Source of the DNA: a virus
Reading direction: 5' to 3' (one strand)
IMG/VR virus record: IMGVR_UViG_3300020205_000565
Coordinates: 18,030 to 82,029 of that record
Length of the DNA: 64,000 nt
The notes below the pieces were generated by a model. It saw only the letters and a list, made by a program, of their open reading frames with translations. It had not been told where the DNA came from and did not search any database. Within the stretch, counting starts at the first letter, position 1. Each line of letters starts with the position of its first letter. Both the position numbers and the translations under genes were made by a program. Of this stretch, positions 1-9,542 are shown one piece after another.

Positions 1-3000
1 TGCTAAGTATTCTTCTAGCTGTTCTTCCGTAGCCTCTTTAAAAGTTACAGTACTTCCGTCAAATGCCACAAACGATCCTTTGTTGGATCTTGTCTCGTCA
101 TATAGTTTCTCTCTTTCTACACTAGTCAAGAACATCTGTGTAAAGCCATGCCATGCTTCGTGGTATAGATCAGAGTAATCCGATCCTTTAAACAGTGTAA
201 TACCGTTTACATCCCAGCGAGCAATACCGTTTTTAGTAGCAGTATTGATAGCATTGAACATTACCTTAAATGGTATATGTTCCTTAAGCGGACTGTTCTC
301 GTACCAGGTTTTAGCTAAGGCAATCTGTTCTCTAGTTGCTTTAAGATTACCCTGAATACCTAACTTGTTCTTACCGTTCTTATTGATGAAGTCATCATCG
401 TTCATCAAGTCATCTAATGCGCTGCTATCAGCACTTGATCTTCCCCTACGGAATATCTGTTGAGCCTCTATCTTCTGTACAACCTCTTCTGCTTTTTGCT
501 CTACTGGCGTAATATCAGTAGGAGTTTTAGTTCCCTCTAAAATAGATAGTTCTGTATCATAGTTTACGGATTTACCTAATTGATAATAGAACGGACTCTG
601 TATAAGAAATGAATCAACAACATCTTTTAATTCTGATTCACTTATATTACTCTTATCTAACTTACCTATTTCTTTTAGCGTACGATCAATGAGACTTAAA
701 GTCATATCATCTTTACCTACTGGTGTATACACAGTAGATGCTTTTTTAAGTACGGCCTCAATTGTATTAATTGTAGAAAGTGGAGTACCCTTAGCAAGAA
801 GTTCTTTAAATGCCTTACGAATATTCTTTCCTCTAACACCTATAAGTGCAGTAATACCACGAAAGTCAACTTGCAGCTCGCCTGCTGCTACAGCTTCTTG
901 TCTCTCCGCTCTTTGTTTTATTAAACTTTCATCATTTTTTGTTGCACCTTCTATTTGAGATTTAAATGCCTTAACTGCCTCAGATCCTGGTAGATTAACT
1001 TCTTTTGCAGCTTTAGGAGCTTGCTTAGTCTTGCCAAAAGTTTTTTCGTATACTTTACGTATAGCTCTTGAAGCAGCCTCCTCTTTTTCTTTTCCCTTAT
1101 ATTTTCCAGTATCTGTGGTAGTACCCCACTTAGTTACTTTACCACTAGCGTCTTTTTCTAATGGCATAGGGTATGATTCAATATCTCTTGATCCTACGCC
1201 TGCAAAGTTCTTAGTAAGGGTTGGAACTTCAGTATTTGTAAATTTAGTTCCGTCCCATTTTGTCCAGCTCTCACTTGTAATATCCCAAACATAAACAGGT
1301 TTGTTTAACTTAATACCGAGTTGTACTGCCGTATTAGTTCCGCCTGTTACAGCATCTCCTTTTTTATTTAAAGTAGCAACCGCAAATACAGAATCTGAAT
1401 TAGCAACTTGGTAGTAGTTTCTTACTTGTAAGTTTCCTTCAGTAGTGTTTGGATATCTTTTACCTAATAACTTTTCTACCTCATCTCTTGCAGCTTCCAT
1501 TTGTTCTTCTGTAAGAACAGTAGCTTGCACACCGGCAGCTTTAAGTTGTTTAGATAAGGTAGTATTAGCTTTTTCTCTATAGTGTCTATGTTGTATAACA
1601 CCGAATTCTCTACCAACTAAATCCCAAAAAGTATCTCCGCCGTATGCTCCTCCAGAATGATTAACAAACTCTTCTGGTTTATTTTCTGTAGTAGGTTTAG
1701 TTTCTTTTAAAGCAGCTAGTTCTGCATTGTATTTAGAATCTAACCATTCTTCAGCAGCCTTGTATGGATCAGGATATTCATTGATATCAAATGATTTTTG
1801 TTCTCCGTGATTCTTAATTATATACGAGTCCTGTGCAATTGGCTTTACTGCGTCTAACTCATTATAATTAAAAGGTCTTACATAAGTAACAGTAACAGCA
1901 GTTACTTGATCTGTTTCATTATCTACCCTCTCTCGTAAGCTAATTAAATTTTTTCTTCTTTCTATATCAGCTACTCTAGGATCTGTAGGTTTAGTTCCTT
2001 GTAAACGGCTAATTATTATATCATACTTATCATAAATAACTTTATAGATACCATATAAAACACCTGGCATGTTACCCTGCTTTTCACCATAGGTATCAGG
2101 ATAGTCATCTATATTAGGTATTGCTTTACGAAGATCTATTTGTTCTTGCGCTCTAAGCTTAGTTACTTTTTCATCGTTAGTTTCTTCAATCTCTTCCTCT
2201 ATATTTTCCTCATCTAGTAATACCTTGTCGCCATTGCTAGGATCAATAAGTAGAGTAAAGTATGGGTTATATCTTTTAAGTTCCCCATCTTCGTCTAACT
2301 CCACATTCATGTTTGTGTTCTGCTCCAAGTAAGTCATGTAAGGAACAGAGTCTATATTGAATGTACCATTAGGATTTCTAGAAAACACTGTAACATTTTT
2401 GTTGCTGTTAGCAAGTGGTAATGCTATAATACTCTTTCTATTAAATCCGTCAGGTTGTTTTAAGAAGACACTCTTTAAAGTTTCGGCTGCGTCGCTTGCT
2501 GAAAGCATGAGGGGTTGACCCTCTAACTTAACATATATTGCTCCGCTACTTTTATCTAGACCATACTGGATATCTTTAACTGAGTTAAGTATGTATGTAG
2601 CAAGTATGTCAACCTTCTCTTTGTTGCTTAGAGGTTGGCCGTCAGTTTTATTAACGGATTTCGTTAACATTTCTGCTAGGTTTGTTGCAACTTCTTCTGA
2701 TATATTTTTAGGCGCTACTAATACAGGGTACTTGGATAAAGCTGGAGTAACGTATACTCCTGAAAAAGCTCCCGGCTTTAATTTATCCTTACTATAGAAA
2801 GCAAAGCTTAACGGTTCATTTTTAAAAATTCTAGTTTGAAACGGAACCATTTCAGGATTCTTATCTACTATAGCACCGTAGCTTCCTCCAGCAATAGAAT
2901 ACATGATGCTATTACCTTCTCTTGCTTTAATGTAATCATAAGCTTTCGCTAGTTGCTCAAATCCACCTCTTAGGTATTCTCTTGCTTCTTCAAGAGACAT

Positions 3001-3909
3001 TCCTAAGTTCTTAGCTACCTCTGCAGCAGTTTGGGTATTGTTAACGTTATCTACATCGAATAACTTGTTAGGCCCTCTCTTAGGTAAGAATCGAGTATTG
3101 TAATAAGCTAAAGTTCCATTTTTGGTAACTTCTGCCTTATCGTTAAATCGAAGCTCGTTACCATTTTTGTCAACTAATACGTAGACAAAAGCATTATTAT
3201 AGTCTTCGATTATATAGTCTTGATCAACACCAGATTCAATAACTTCTTTTACATTAGGGAAGGTATCGTTAATAGCGATTTTATTATATCGCATCATCTT
3301 AACAAAGATTCCTCCAACTACTCCAGGGTATTCAGTTCCTTTTGCTAATATAGCTTTAGTAATTGTGCTATATATTTTCATTCTAGGATCTCTTGGTGAG
3401 CCGGGCTTACCAGATAATATCTCCTGCATACTTGTTGACACAGGATCAAATGGTTTTCTTGTCTCCTGATAGATCGTAGAATTAGCAGCATTTTTTTTTG
3501 CTACGTATTCTTGCTGTTGTTCTTTCTCAAGATCTTCTTTTACTTCAGCAAGGTTCTTAGCTGGATTAACAGTAACGCCTAAGTAATCTACTACGACTTG
3601 GAAACCTTTCTTATCGTCTCCTGCTAGTCTAGCTGTCTTATATAATTCAGCAATATCTAATCCTTGCTCAGGTAAGTTCTCAAGAGTACTATCTACTCCT
3701 AAAAGCTGTTTGATGAAAGGAAGGGATACTCTAGCATAGTCCAAAGCTAAGTTCTGGTTCTGCGTTGCAGTATTAACTTGATTGTAGAGACCAGATAGAT
3801 AATCTTTGAGATCAAAGTTATTCTTGTTATCTACATAAGTCAAAAGATCCTTCGCGATTTTAGTACGAAGGATCCTTAATTGTTTATTACTTAGGGTACA
3901 GTTAATCAT
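1..3909 (-). CDS. Giant virion cargo/ejection protein, 5' part only (>1303 aa, open at left edge), with SLOG-like and zincin domains
   Basis: Not in the ORF track because no stop lies in the window. ATG at 3909 overlaps the upstream stop (TAATG) and reads MINCTLSNKQLRILRTK. Segments I translated stay in this frame to position 1 (...LEEYLA). Motifs: HSGGAYGGD, GGTNTAV and GVGSRD (about 1180-1660), and HEAWH at 148-162. Confidence 0.85.
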   Translation of the reverse strand, partial: MINCTLSNKQLRILRTKIAKDLLTYVDNKNNFDLKDYLSGLYNQVNTATQNQNLALDYARVSLPFIKQLLGVDSTLENLPEQGLDIAELYKTARLAGDDKKGFQVVVDYLGVTVNPAKNLAEVKEDLEKEQQQEYVAKKNAANSTIYQETRKPFDPVSTSMQEILSGKPGSPRDPRMKIYSTITKAILAKGTEYPGVVGGIFVKMMRYNKIAINDTFPNVKEVIESGVDQDYIIEDYNNAFVYVLVDKNGNELRFNDKAEVTKNGTLAYYNTRFLPKRGPNKLFDVDNVNNTQTAAEVAKNLGMSLEEAREYLRGGFEQLAKAYDYIKAREGNSIMYSIAGGSYGAIVDKNPEMVPFQTRIFKNEPLSFAFYSKDKLKPGAFSGVYVTPALSKYPVLVAPKNISEEVATNLAEMLTKSVNKTDGQPLSNKEKVDILATYILNSVKDIQYGLDKSSGAIYVKLEGQPLMLSASDAAETLKSVFLKQPDGFNRKSIIALPLANSNKNVTVFSRNPNGTFNIDSVPYMTYLEQNTNMNVELDEDGELKRYNPYFTLLIDPSNGDKVLLDEENIEEEIEETNDEKVTKLRAQEQIDLRKAIPNIDDYPDTYGEKQGNMPGVLYGIYKVIYDKYDIIISRLQGTKPTDPRVADIERRKNLISLRERVDNETDQVTAVTVTYVRPFNYNELDAVKPIAQDSYIIKNHGEQKSFDINEYPDPYKAAEEWLDSKYNAELAALKETKPTTENKPEEFVNHSGGAYGGDTFWDLVGREFGVIQHRHYREKANTTLSKQLKAAGVQATVLTEEQMEAARDEVEKLLGKRYPNTTEGNLQVRNYYQVANSDSVFAVATLNKKGDAVTGGTNTAVQLGIKLNKPVYVWDITSESWTKWDGTKFTNTEVPTLTKNFAGVGSRDIESYPMPLEKDASGKVTKWGTTTDTGKYKGKEKEEAASRAIRKVYEKTFGKTKQAPKAAKEVNLPGSEAVKAFKSQIEGATKNDESLIKQRAERQEAVAAGELQVDFRGITALIGVRGKNIRKAFKELLAKGTPLSTINTIEAVLKKASTVYTPVGKDDMTLSLIDRTLKEIGKLDKSNISESELKDVVDSFLIQSPFYYQLGKSVNYDTELSILEGTKTPTDITPVEQKAEEVVQKIEAQQIFRRGRSSADSSALDDLMNDDDFINKNGKNKLGIQGNLKATREQIALAKTWYENSPLKEHIPFKVMFNAINTATKNGIARWDVNGITLFKGSDYSDLYHEAWHGFTQMFLTSVEREKLYDETRSNKGSFVAFDGSTVTFKEATEEQLEEYLA

Positions 3910-6900
3910 TATTCGCAGCCAAATGAGTTAGTAAATTCATCATCTATATCTTCGGCAGAATTGTTCTTCGCCTTTTCCATATCTTCTTTGATAACATCGG
4001 TATTGTTGATGTCTGTTGCTGTCTCCATATTAGAATTGGAGTTCTGTTTTTCATCTGCCGTTATGGTAACAGTTGGTTCAAGCTTCTCAGTACCAGCACG
4101 ATACATGTACTCGGCACCATTTTCGAATTCGTCATTTGTGATATTCATAACTTCGTCTGAATTAAGTCGTTTGAATTTAACGGTCCCATTAGTAGTGTTC
4201 TTTCCGAGAATTTGTACAATACCGCTTCGGCCGTACGTTTTTCTATCTTTCATTACCACTAAATCGTTCTTCTCTACTTCTTCAAAGGTAGGAATTTTTG
4301 AGGACAATTCCTGCATTTTTCTGTCCATAAGTTCTTTAAATTCTTCAGCAGTCATGTTCTCATCCTCAAGAACTAAAGAACTAGTTTCAGTATTGATGTC
4401 ATCAAGTTCCTCCATAGATTTAGCATTCTCAATGCTCTCTCTTACTTTGCCTTTGTACTTCTCTTTAAGAGTTGTAGCTTTAGCTTTTCCTGTAAGTACA
4501 TCTACAATAGGGGAATCAATCTCTAGGATCTGGATGCTTCTTTTAACCTTTGTTTTCTTAGCGGCTGTCTCGTATGCTCGTATTCTAGCTACGGCATCTT
4601 TACCGGCTTTATCAACAATAACATTATCATTAGTGTGGATAAGTACCATATCTGCCTTCTGAGCAAATCTACCAATAGTTGTAACTACAGTATCTCCCGC
4701 GTTAACAGCGGCTTCCATTTTAGCTAAAGCATCGTCGTAAATCTTTTCGGCTAATTTCTTATCCTTCACGAACATCTTATACATGACTGTATCTATCTTC
4801 TCGCCCTTAAGATCAACGCCGTTATCGGCCATAGCTTCTGCTAGTAAGGTGTCTCCGTTAATAACGCCTTCTTTCAGGCTATCTACATCATCTACGCTAC
4901 TTGCTAAAGTGGTGTATATTAAAAGACCTTTAAACTTATCCTTAAGTTTAGACTTAGGTTTTCCACCCTTCTTATGTAGTTCTATAGCCGCAAGTGCCTC
5001 AGCTTCAGTACTTAATGCAATTCCTATAATCTCTCCATCTTTTGTTACATCTATAATACCATTATCATAAGTAGTGACTTCATAACCGTCTACCATTTTC
5101 TTAGATACTACGTTAGACGTACTCGTACTTGTAGGAGTACCTGTGAGATTATTTCTTTTATTATAACCTTCGATAACCTTTTTAGCTCTTTCACTTTGTT
5201 TAATAAACTTTGTAATCGCGCTATCTGGGATAATTGGTTTATTATTAGTAATCTGCTCTTGGTTAAATATCTTAAGTTCTGCACGTAATATCGTTTGCAG
5301 ATCTTTCGGCATATCGTTGAATGGTGTATCTACAGTAATTGCAGCAGCCCCAGTATCAGTTGGAGTAATTCCTGTGTCATCCGTGCTACCTATAATAGGA
5401 TTGTTTTCAACCTTATTAGAAATAATACCAATGGCCTCAGTTAAAGCTGTATTAGAAGAACTGTTAACAAATCCTAATATCTTAGCTATGAATTGTCTGA
5501 TTCCATCTAAGACCTCCTGCCACATATTCTTGTTTGTATTCTTATAAGGAATAGCTTCTAGTTCCATCTGAGCAACCGGATTGGTTAATGCTTCAGATAA
5601 AAAGGCTTGTGGACTAGACAACATAAATCTAAACATTGCCTGCAGATTAGGATCCTTTATAGAATCTTTATTTGCTTCATAATATTCTCTTGCCGCATCC
5701 ATAAGATTTGTAGTAGCCTTACTAAACTTGTCGTCTAATAATCCTTCATCTACAACTTTTTGAATCATCGGATTTAATACAGAGTATTCTAAAGATACCT
5801 GAGCTTCGCCATAGTCCTTTGAAGAATATCTTAAATCTATCGTTATACCCGCAGTTTTAGAATACGTAAATGCTTTAGATGCAGTAGAAGCAATTTCTAT
5901 TTGATCTGTATCTTTAACCGTAGTCAGCATTCGTCGTGCTAATGCTTTGGCCCCAGGCTTACTAAACTTATTCTTAATGATATAGTTTAGTAAGTCTTTA
6001 GTTGCCACCATTTGACTCTTAAGCTTAGGATCTAATCCTAGAGCTTTCATAAAGTCTTTGTATGTTCTAGTATCGTCTTTTTCTGTAAAGTCGTAAGGTC
6101 TTTGGAAAGACTCTGCACCTTCCTCAGCAATTTGTTTTCCTGCTAACGTAAATCCATTAGCCTCTTCAAACTCTTCTAAGAATTCTAAGATTTCTCTATA
6201 TTTAAGACTACTTGGTTCAATAGCTTTTTTACTACCAGCATCTATAAACACAGAAGGAATACTTTCTCCCTTTACAAGTTTATCAATTTCCTCTGGCATA
6301 AAGAATACATTGAACTTTGTATAGATCTCACTAAGAAGTTTGTTAGTTTGCATACGAGCACTATAAGTGTTCCAAGCTTCCTCTAACTTCTTAGCTGCAA
6401 TTTCTTGTGCAGCTTTAGCAGCAGCACTAAACTTTTTAGACGCTTCTGCAAAATACATAGGATCGTTAAGTAAGTTAACGTTCATACTAGCTGCTCTTGC
6501 ATCTACTCCTAATTCTAAATAATCTTCTAAGTATGAGAATACTCTATCTACATCTGTAGATATAATAGGTTGGCCACCGTCTTCTGAATTCTCAGCAAGT
6601 ACTTTTAAATACTCTTCTAGGTCAGCCTTAAGTTCTTTTTTAAAATAGTCTACACTACGAGAAGCTGGATCCGATCCTTCAAAGTCTATTTCTAGCTGTT
6701 GAGCACTCGTTCCTATCCCTTTTAAAGTCTTAGCGTTTATACTAACAACTTTAGTTTTTACTTCCCCGTTCTTATCAGTATACTGGATCGTTACTTTGGT
6801 ATTTGTCTTTTTAATTACTTTACCAGAAATAGGTAATCCAGATTTTGGTTGGTAACTAACTGTTGAACCTACCGCAATACTTTCATTTGTTGTAACATCA

Positions 6901-9542
6901 TTTTTAATTTCATCAGTTCTTTCTGTACTAGTTGCAGCTTTACGAGCTCTCTCTACCTCAAGACCATGATTGATCATGCTGTTCTTAATACGCTCTAAAG
7001 AATCAAACTGCTTTTGTTTCTTAGCAGAAATCTCTTTCTGTTTAGCATCACCTTGAGCATAGATCTTAATTTCATCTTTAAGTGTCTCAAGCTCTGCATC
7101 TAATTGAACCTCATTAAAAATACTTGTTATTCTTCCCGCTTTAGCTTTTGCTAATACAGGATCTGCTGCCACAGCCTCCAGCAAGGAAGCCATACGACTT
7201 TGTGCTCTGTCATATGTATATTCATTATATATAGCCTGTTTTCTAGCTTCTTCAAATCCAAAGTAATCTAATCTTTCGACAAAATCTTCAGCCTCTGCCG
7301 AAAATGGATTTTTAATGCTAGAATATTTTTCGTGACGAGCTTTAATATCATTAGTTTTCTTTAGGATAGAATCTAATCTTCCTCTTAGATCTTTATTAAA
7401 CTCATCTTTATTTCCCGACTCTGACGTATAACCAAATGCTTGAGAAAGCTCGTCATCATTTAGTTTCTGGTAATCTTCAATTTGATTTGTAAATAAATCA
7501 ACATACCCTTTATCTAAAAGGGTTTGTACATTACTAAATATTGAATCTTGTACCGCGTCCCCGTGTTCTTTTTTATCGCCGTTTGCTTCAGCACGATCCA
7601 TAATTTCTGAAAAGTCTTTCTGAGCTTTAATGTTAGCGCTCATAGGATCAAATACTTTTTTAGGATCTGCCGCAACATCATTCATGAAGCTCGTGATCTT
7701 AGCTCGTTCTGTTTCTCTTTCAGCTTTTTGTCTAGCGTATGCCTCAGGATTTTTACGTTTATTATAAATATCTTGTGCAAGTTGTGGAGCAGCCTGTGTA
7801 AGAAGAGACTGTGGTCCTTGTACCAAACCTCCCATTAAGAAACCTGATAAGAATGTTTCAGCTCCTTGTCCACTTAACTGTGATCCAAATCCTTCAGATA
7901 ACATTTGCTTATAATAAGCTGTTCCAGCTATCTCCGGGCTAATGTATGAGTTAACATAGTAATCGGTCATAGCCTTAGAGATAGACTCTTGATATGATTC
8001 TTGTAAACCTTCTGCTAAGTTAGCTGCCATATAACGCATACCATTCTTAGCTAAGTTTGCTGGCTTAAACTGATTAATAGTATGCTTAACATACTTTTTA
8101 GTAAACCAGCTCCTAGGGTTAGCTGTATCTATAAATCCTGAAAATTTATTCTTTCCTGCTTTCTGAACTACATTTTCTACCATTGTGCCTAAACCACCTT
8201 TAGTAAGTTCTCTAAATGGTTTAAATCCGCCTAGGGCTTTTTCAAATACAATCTTGTTAGAAAAAAATATAGCAGGTACGTTAGCAAGTGTTGTATTAAC
8301 TCCAGCCTTCTTAGCTTGAGCCATAATATTATTAAGGTCATCTCCTACTGGAGCTTGTCCTGTTTCGCTAATGTGATTTTGAATTAGTTTATCAAATGTT
8401 TCATTCTGAACCATTCCTCCTTCTAAACGTGATTCTGCTAAAGCTGTATTCATCATACGGATATCCCTATAGAATGCTCCAAATGTTTTAGACGTTTTAG
8501 CAAAGTCCGTCATCTTATCAAAACCATTTGCTCCAGTACGTAAGTTTTTTACAGTCTCCGTTAAGTCACCAAAAGGATTTACAAAGTTACCTACGCCATT
8601 CCAAAACTTCCGTGCTCCATTAACATCATTAAGTGAGTTACTGGCAGTACTTAATGAATGACCAACCTGTTCAACAGTTTTACTATTTTTAATTGCATCC
8701 GCAGACTTATCAGCAATATTACCCAAGTCTTTAAGTCTATCAAAATTCTTTGCTGTACGCAGTAATGCTACTTCACCTAAAGCCCCTTCAGTAAGAGCTG
8801 TTGCTCCCCATAACGCTACTTCCTCTGCTACAATTTCTCCAATAACTCCAAAGGTATATGCAGAGTTTGCAAACTGATTAGTTACAAATCCTCCTACACC
8901 TCCTCGAGTTGATGCAGCAATCCCCATTGCTTTAGACATTTCTCTAGCTGCTTTTGTATCTCCGTTTGCATTTAATGAGAATAGATCATCCCAGTTATTA
9001 AATGTTTGTGATGCCCCAATACCAGCAAGTCCCATCCATTGTCCTGCAGCTCTACTAAAATCATCAGTCCAAGTACTATTTTTATTATAGTATGCTTCGT
9101 TATCTGCAGATGGATTCCAACCTAACTCTTTAAACTTAGGGTGGTTATAGTATCGATCAAAATTAAATTGTTTTCCTGTTCCGCTTGCTATTCCCCAAAC
9201 CTTTGCTTGTTCAAGACCTCTGACTTGAGGATATGCTCCAGGCTGATAGTTATTAGCAATAAGTTTATTAACATAATCAGACGTACCCGCAGCTTTACTA
9301 GGTGGAGCTTGGTTAAAATTAGCGTAGCCACTTTTATACGGTTCGTAAGCATTGGTGCCTAAGTTCTGTGGTATTCCATTAGGTATTTGTTTACCCATAG
9401 ATGTTCCCATTATTTGACTAATGCCCGAATGAATCCTTGGCATATTTTGATCTATGTAACTTTTAGCATTAGCTAAAGCACCTAGATATTGATCTATTGG
9501 ATCTTGTTTAACATCCGGTTGTATATCAGAAGCAAATCTCAT
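3909..9542 (-). CDS. Large virion cargo/ejection protein (1877 aa) with degenerate zincin, degenerate P-loop-like and two SH3-like segments
   Basis: Long ORF in the cargo cluster, coupled by TAATG at both ends. It has Gly/Ala-rich hydrophobic stretches, an EGLQESYQE helical region, and a zincin-type tail (FLSEALTNP...WQEVLDGIRQFIAKILG). Confidence 0.7.
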   Translation of the reverse strand: MRFASDIQPDVKQDPIDQYLGALANAKSYIDQNMPRIHSGISQIMGTSMGKQIPNGIPQNLGTNAYEPYKSGYANFNQAPPSKAAGTSDYVNKLIANNYQPGAYPQVRGLEQAKVWGIASGTGKQFNFDRYYNHPKFKELGWNPSADNEAYYNKNSTWTDDFSRAAGQWMGLAGIGASQTFNNWDDLFSLNANGDTKAAREMSKAMGIAASTRGGVGGFVTNQFANSAYTFGVIGEIVAEEVALWGATALTEGALGEVALLRTAKNFDRLKDLGNIADKSADAIKNSKTVEQVGHSLSTASNSLNDVNGARKFWNGVGNFVNPFGDLTETVKNLRTGANGFDKMTDFAKTSKTFGAFYRDIRMMNTALAESRLEGGMVQNETFDKLIQNHISETGQAPVGDDLNNIMAQAKKAGVNTTLANVPAIFFSNKIVFEKALGGFKPFRELTKGGLGTMVENVVQKAGKNKFSGFIDTANPRSWFTKKYVKHTINQFKPANLAKNGMRYMAANLAEGLQESYQESISKAMTDYYVNSYISPEIAGTAYYKQMLSEGFGSQLSGQGAETFLSGFLMGGLVQGPQSLLTQAAPQLAQDIYNKRKNPEAYARQKAERETERAKITSFMNDVAADPKKVFDPMSANIKAQKDFSEIMDRAEANGDKKEHGDAVQDSIFSNVQTLLDKGYVDLFTNQIEDYQKLNDDELSQAFGYTSESGNKDEFNKDLRGRLDSILKKTNDIKARHEKYSSIKNPFSAEAEDFVERLDYFGFEEARKQAIYNEYTYDRAQSRMASLLEAVAADPVLAKAKAGRITSIFNEVQLDAELETLKDEIKIYAQGDAKQKEISAKKQKQFDSLERIKNSMINHGLEVERARKAATSTERTDEIKNDVTTNESIAVGSTVSYQPKSGLPISGKVIKKTNTKVTIQYTDKNGEVKTKVVSINAKTLKGIGTSAQQLEIDFEGSDPASRSVDYFKKELKADLEEYLKVLAENSEDGGQPIISTDVDRVFSYLEDYLELGVDARAASMNVNLLNDPMYFAEASKKFSAAAKAAQEIAAKKLEEAWNTYSARMQTNKLLSEIYTKFNVFFMPEEIDKLVKGESIPSVFIDAGSKKAIEPSSLKYREILEFLEEFEEANGFTLAGKQIAEEGAESFQRPYDFTEKDDTRTYKDFMKALGLDPKLKSQMVATKDLLNYIIKNKFSKPGAKALARRMLTTVKDTDQIEIASTASKAFTYSKTAGITIDLRYSSKDYGEAQVSLEYSVLNPMIQKVVDEGLLDDKFSKATTNLMDAAREYYEANKDSIKDPNLQAMFRFMLSSPQAFLSEALTNPVAQMELEAIPYKNTNKNMWQEVLDGIRQFIAKILGFVNSSSNTALTEAIGIISNKVENNPIIGSTDDTGITPTDTGAAAITVDTPFNDMPKDLQTILRAELKIFNQEQITNNKPIIPDSAITKFIKQSERAKKVIEGYNKRNNLTGTPTSTSTSNVVSKKMVDGYEVTTYDNGIIDVTKDGEIIGIALSTEAEALAAIELHKKGGKPKSKLKDKFKGLLIYTTLASSVDDVDSLKEGVINGDTLLAEAMADNGVDLKGEKIDTVMYKMFVKDKKLAEKIYDDALAKMEAAVNAGDTVVTTIGRFAQKADMVLIHTNDNVIVDKAGKDAVARIRAYETAAKKTKVKRSIQILEIDSPIVDVLTGKAKATTLKEKYKGKVRESIENAKSMEELDDINTETSSLVLEDENMTAEEFKELMDRKMQELSSKIPTFEEVEKNDLVVMKDRKTYGRSGIVQILGKNTTNGTVKFKRLNSDEVMNITNDEFENGAEYMYRAGTEKLEPTVTITADEKQNSNSNMETATDINNTDVIKEDMEKAKNNSAEDIDDEFTNSFGCE

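Noticed and set aside
1-3908. Apparent 3.9-kb gene desert or pseudogene at the left end
   Set aside because: It is the 5' part of a minus-strand ORF whose stop lies outside the window. The poly-A run near 3491 stays in frame.
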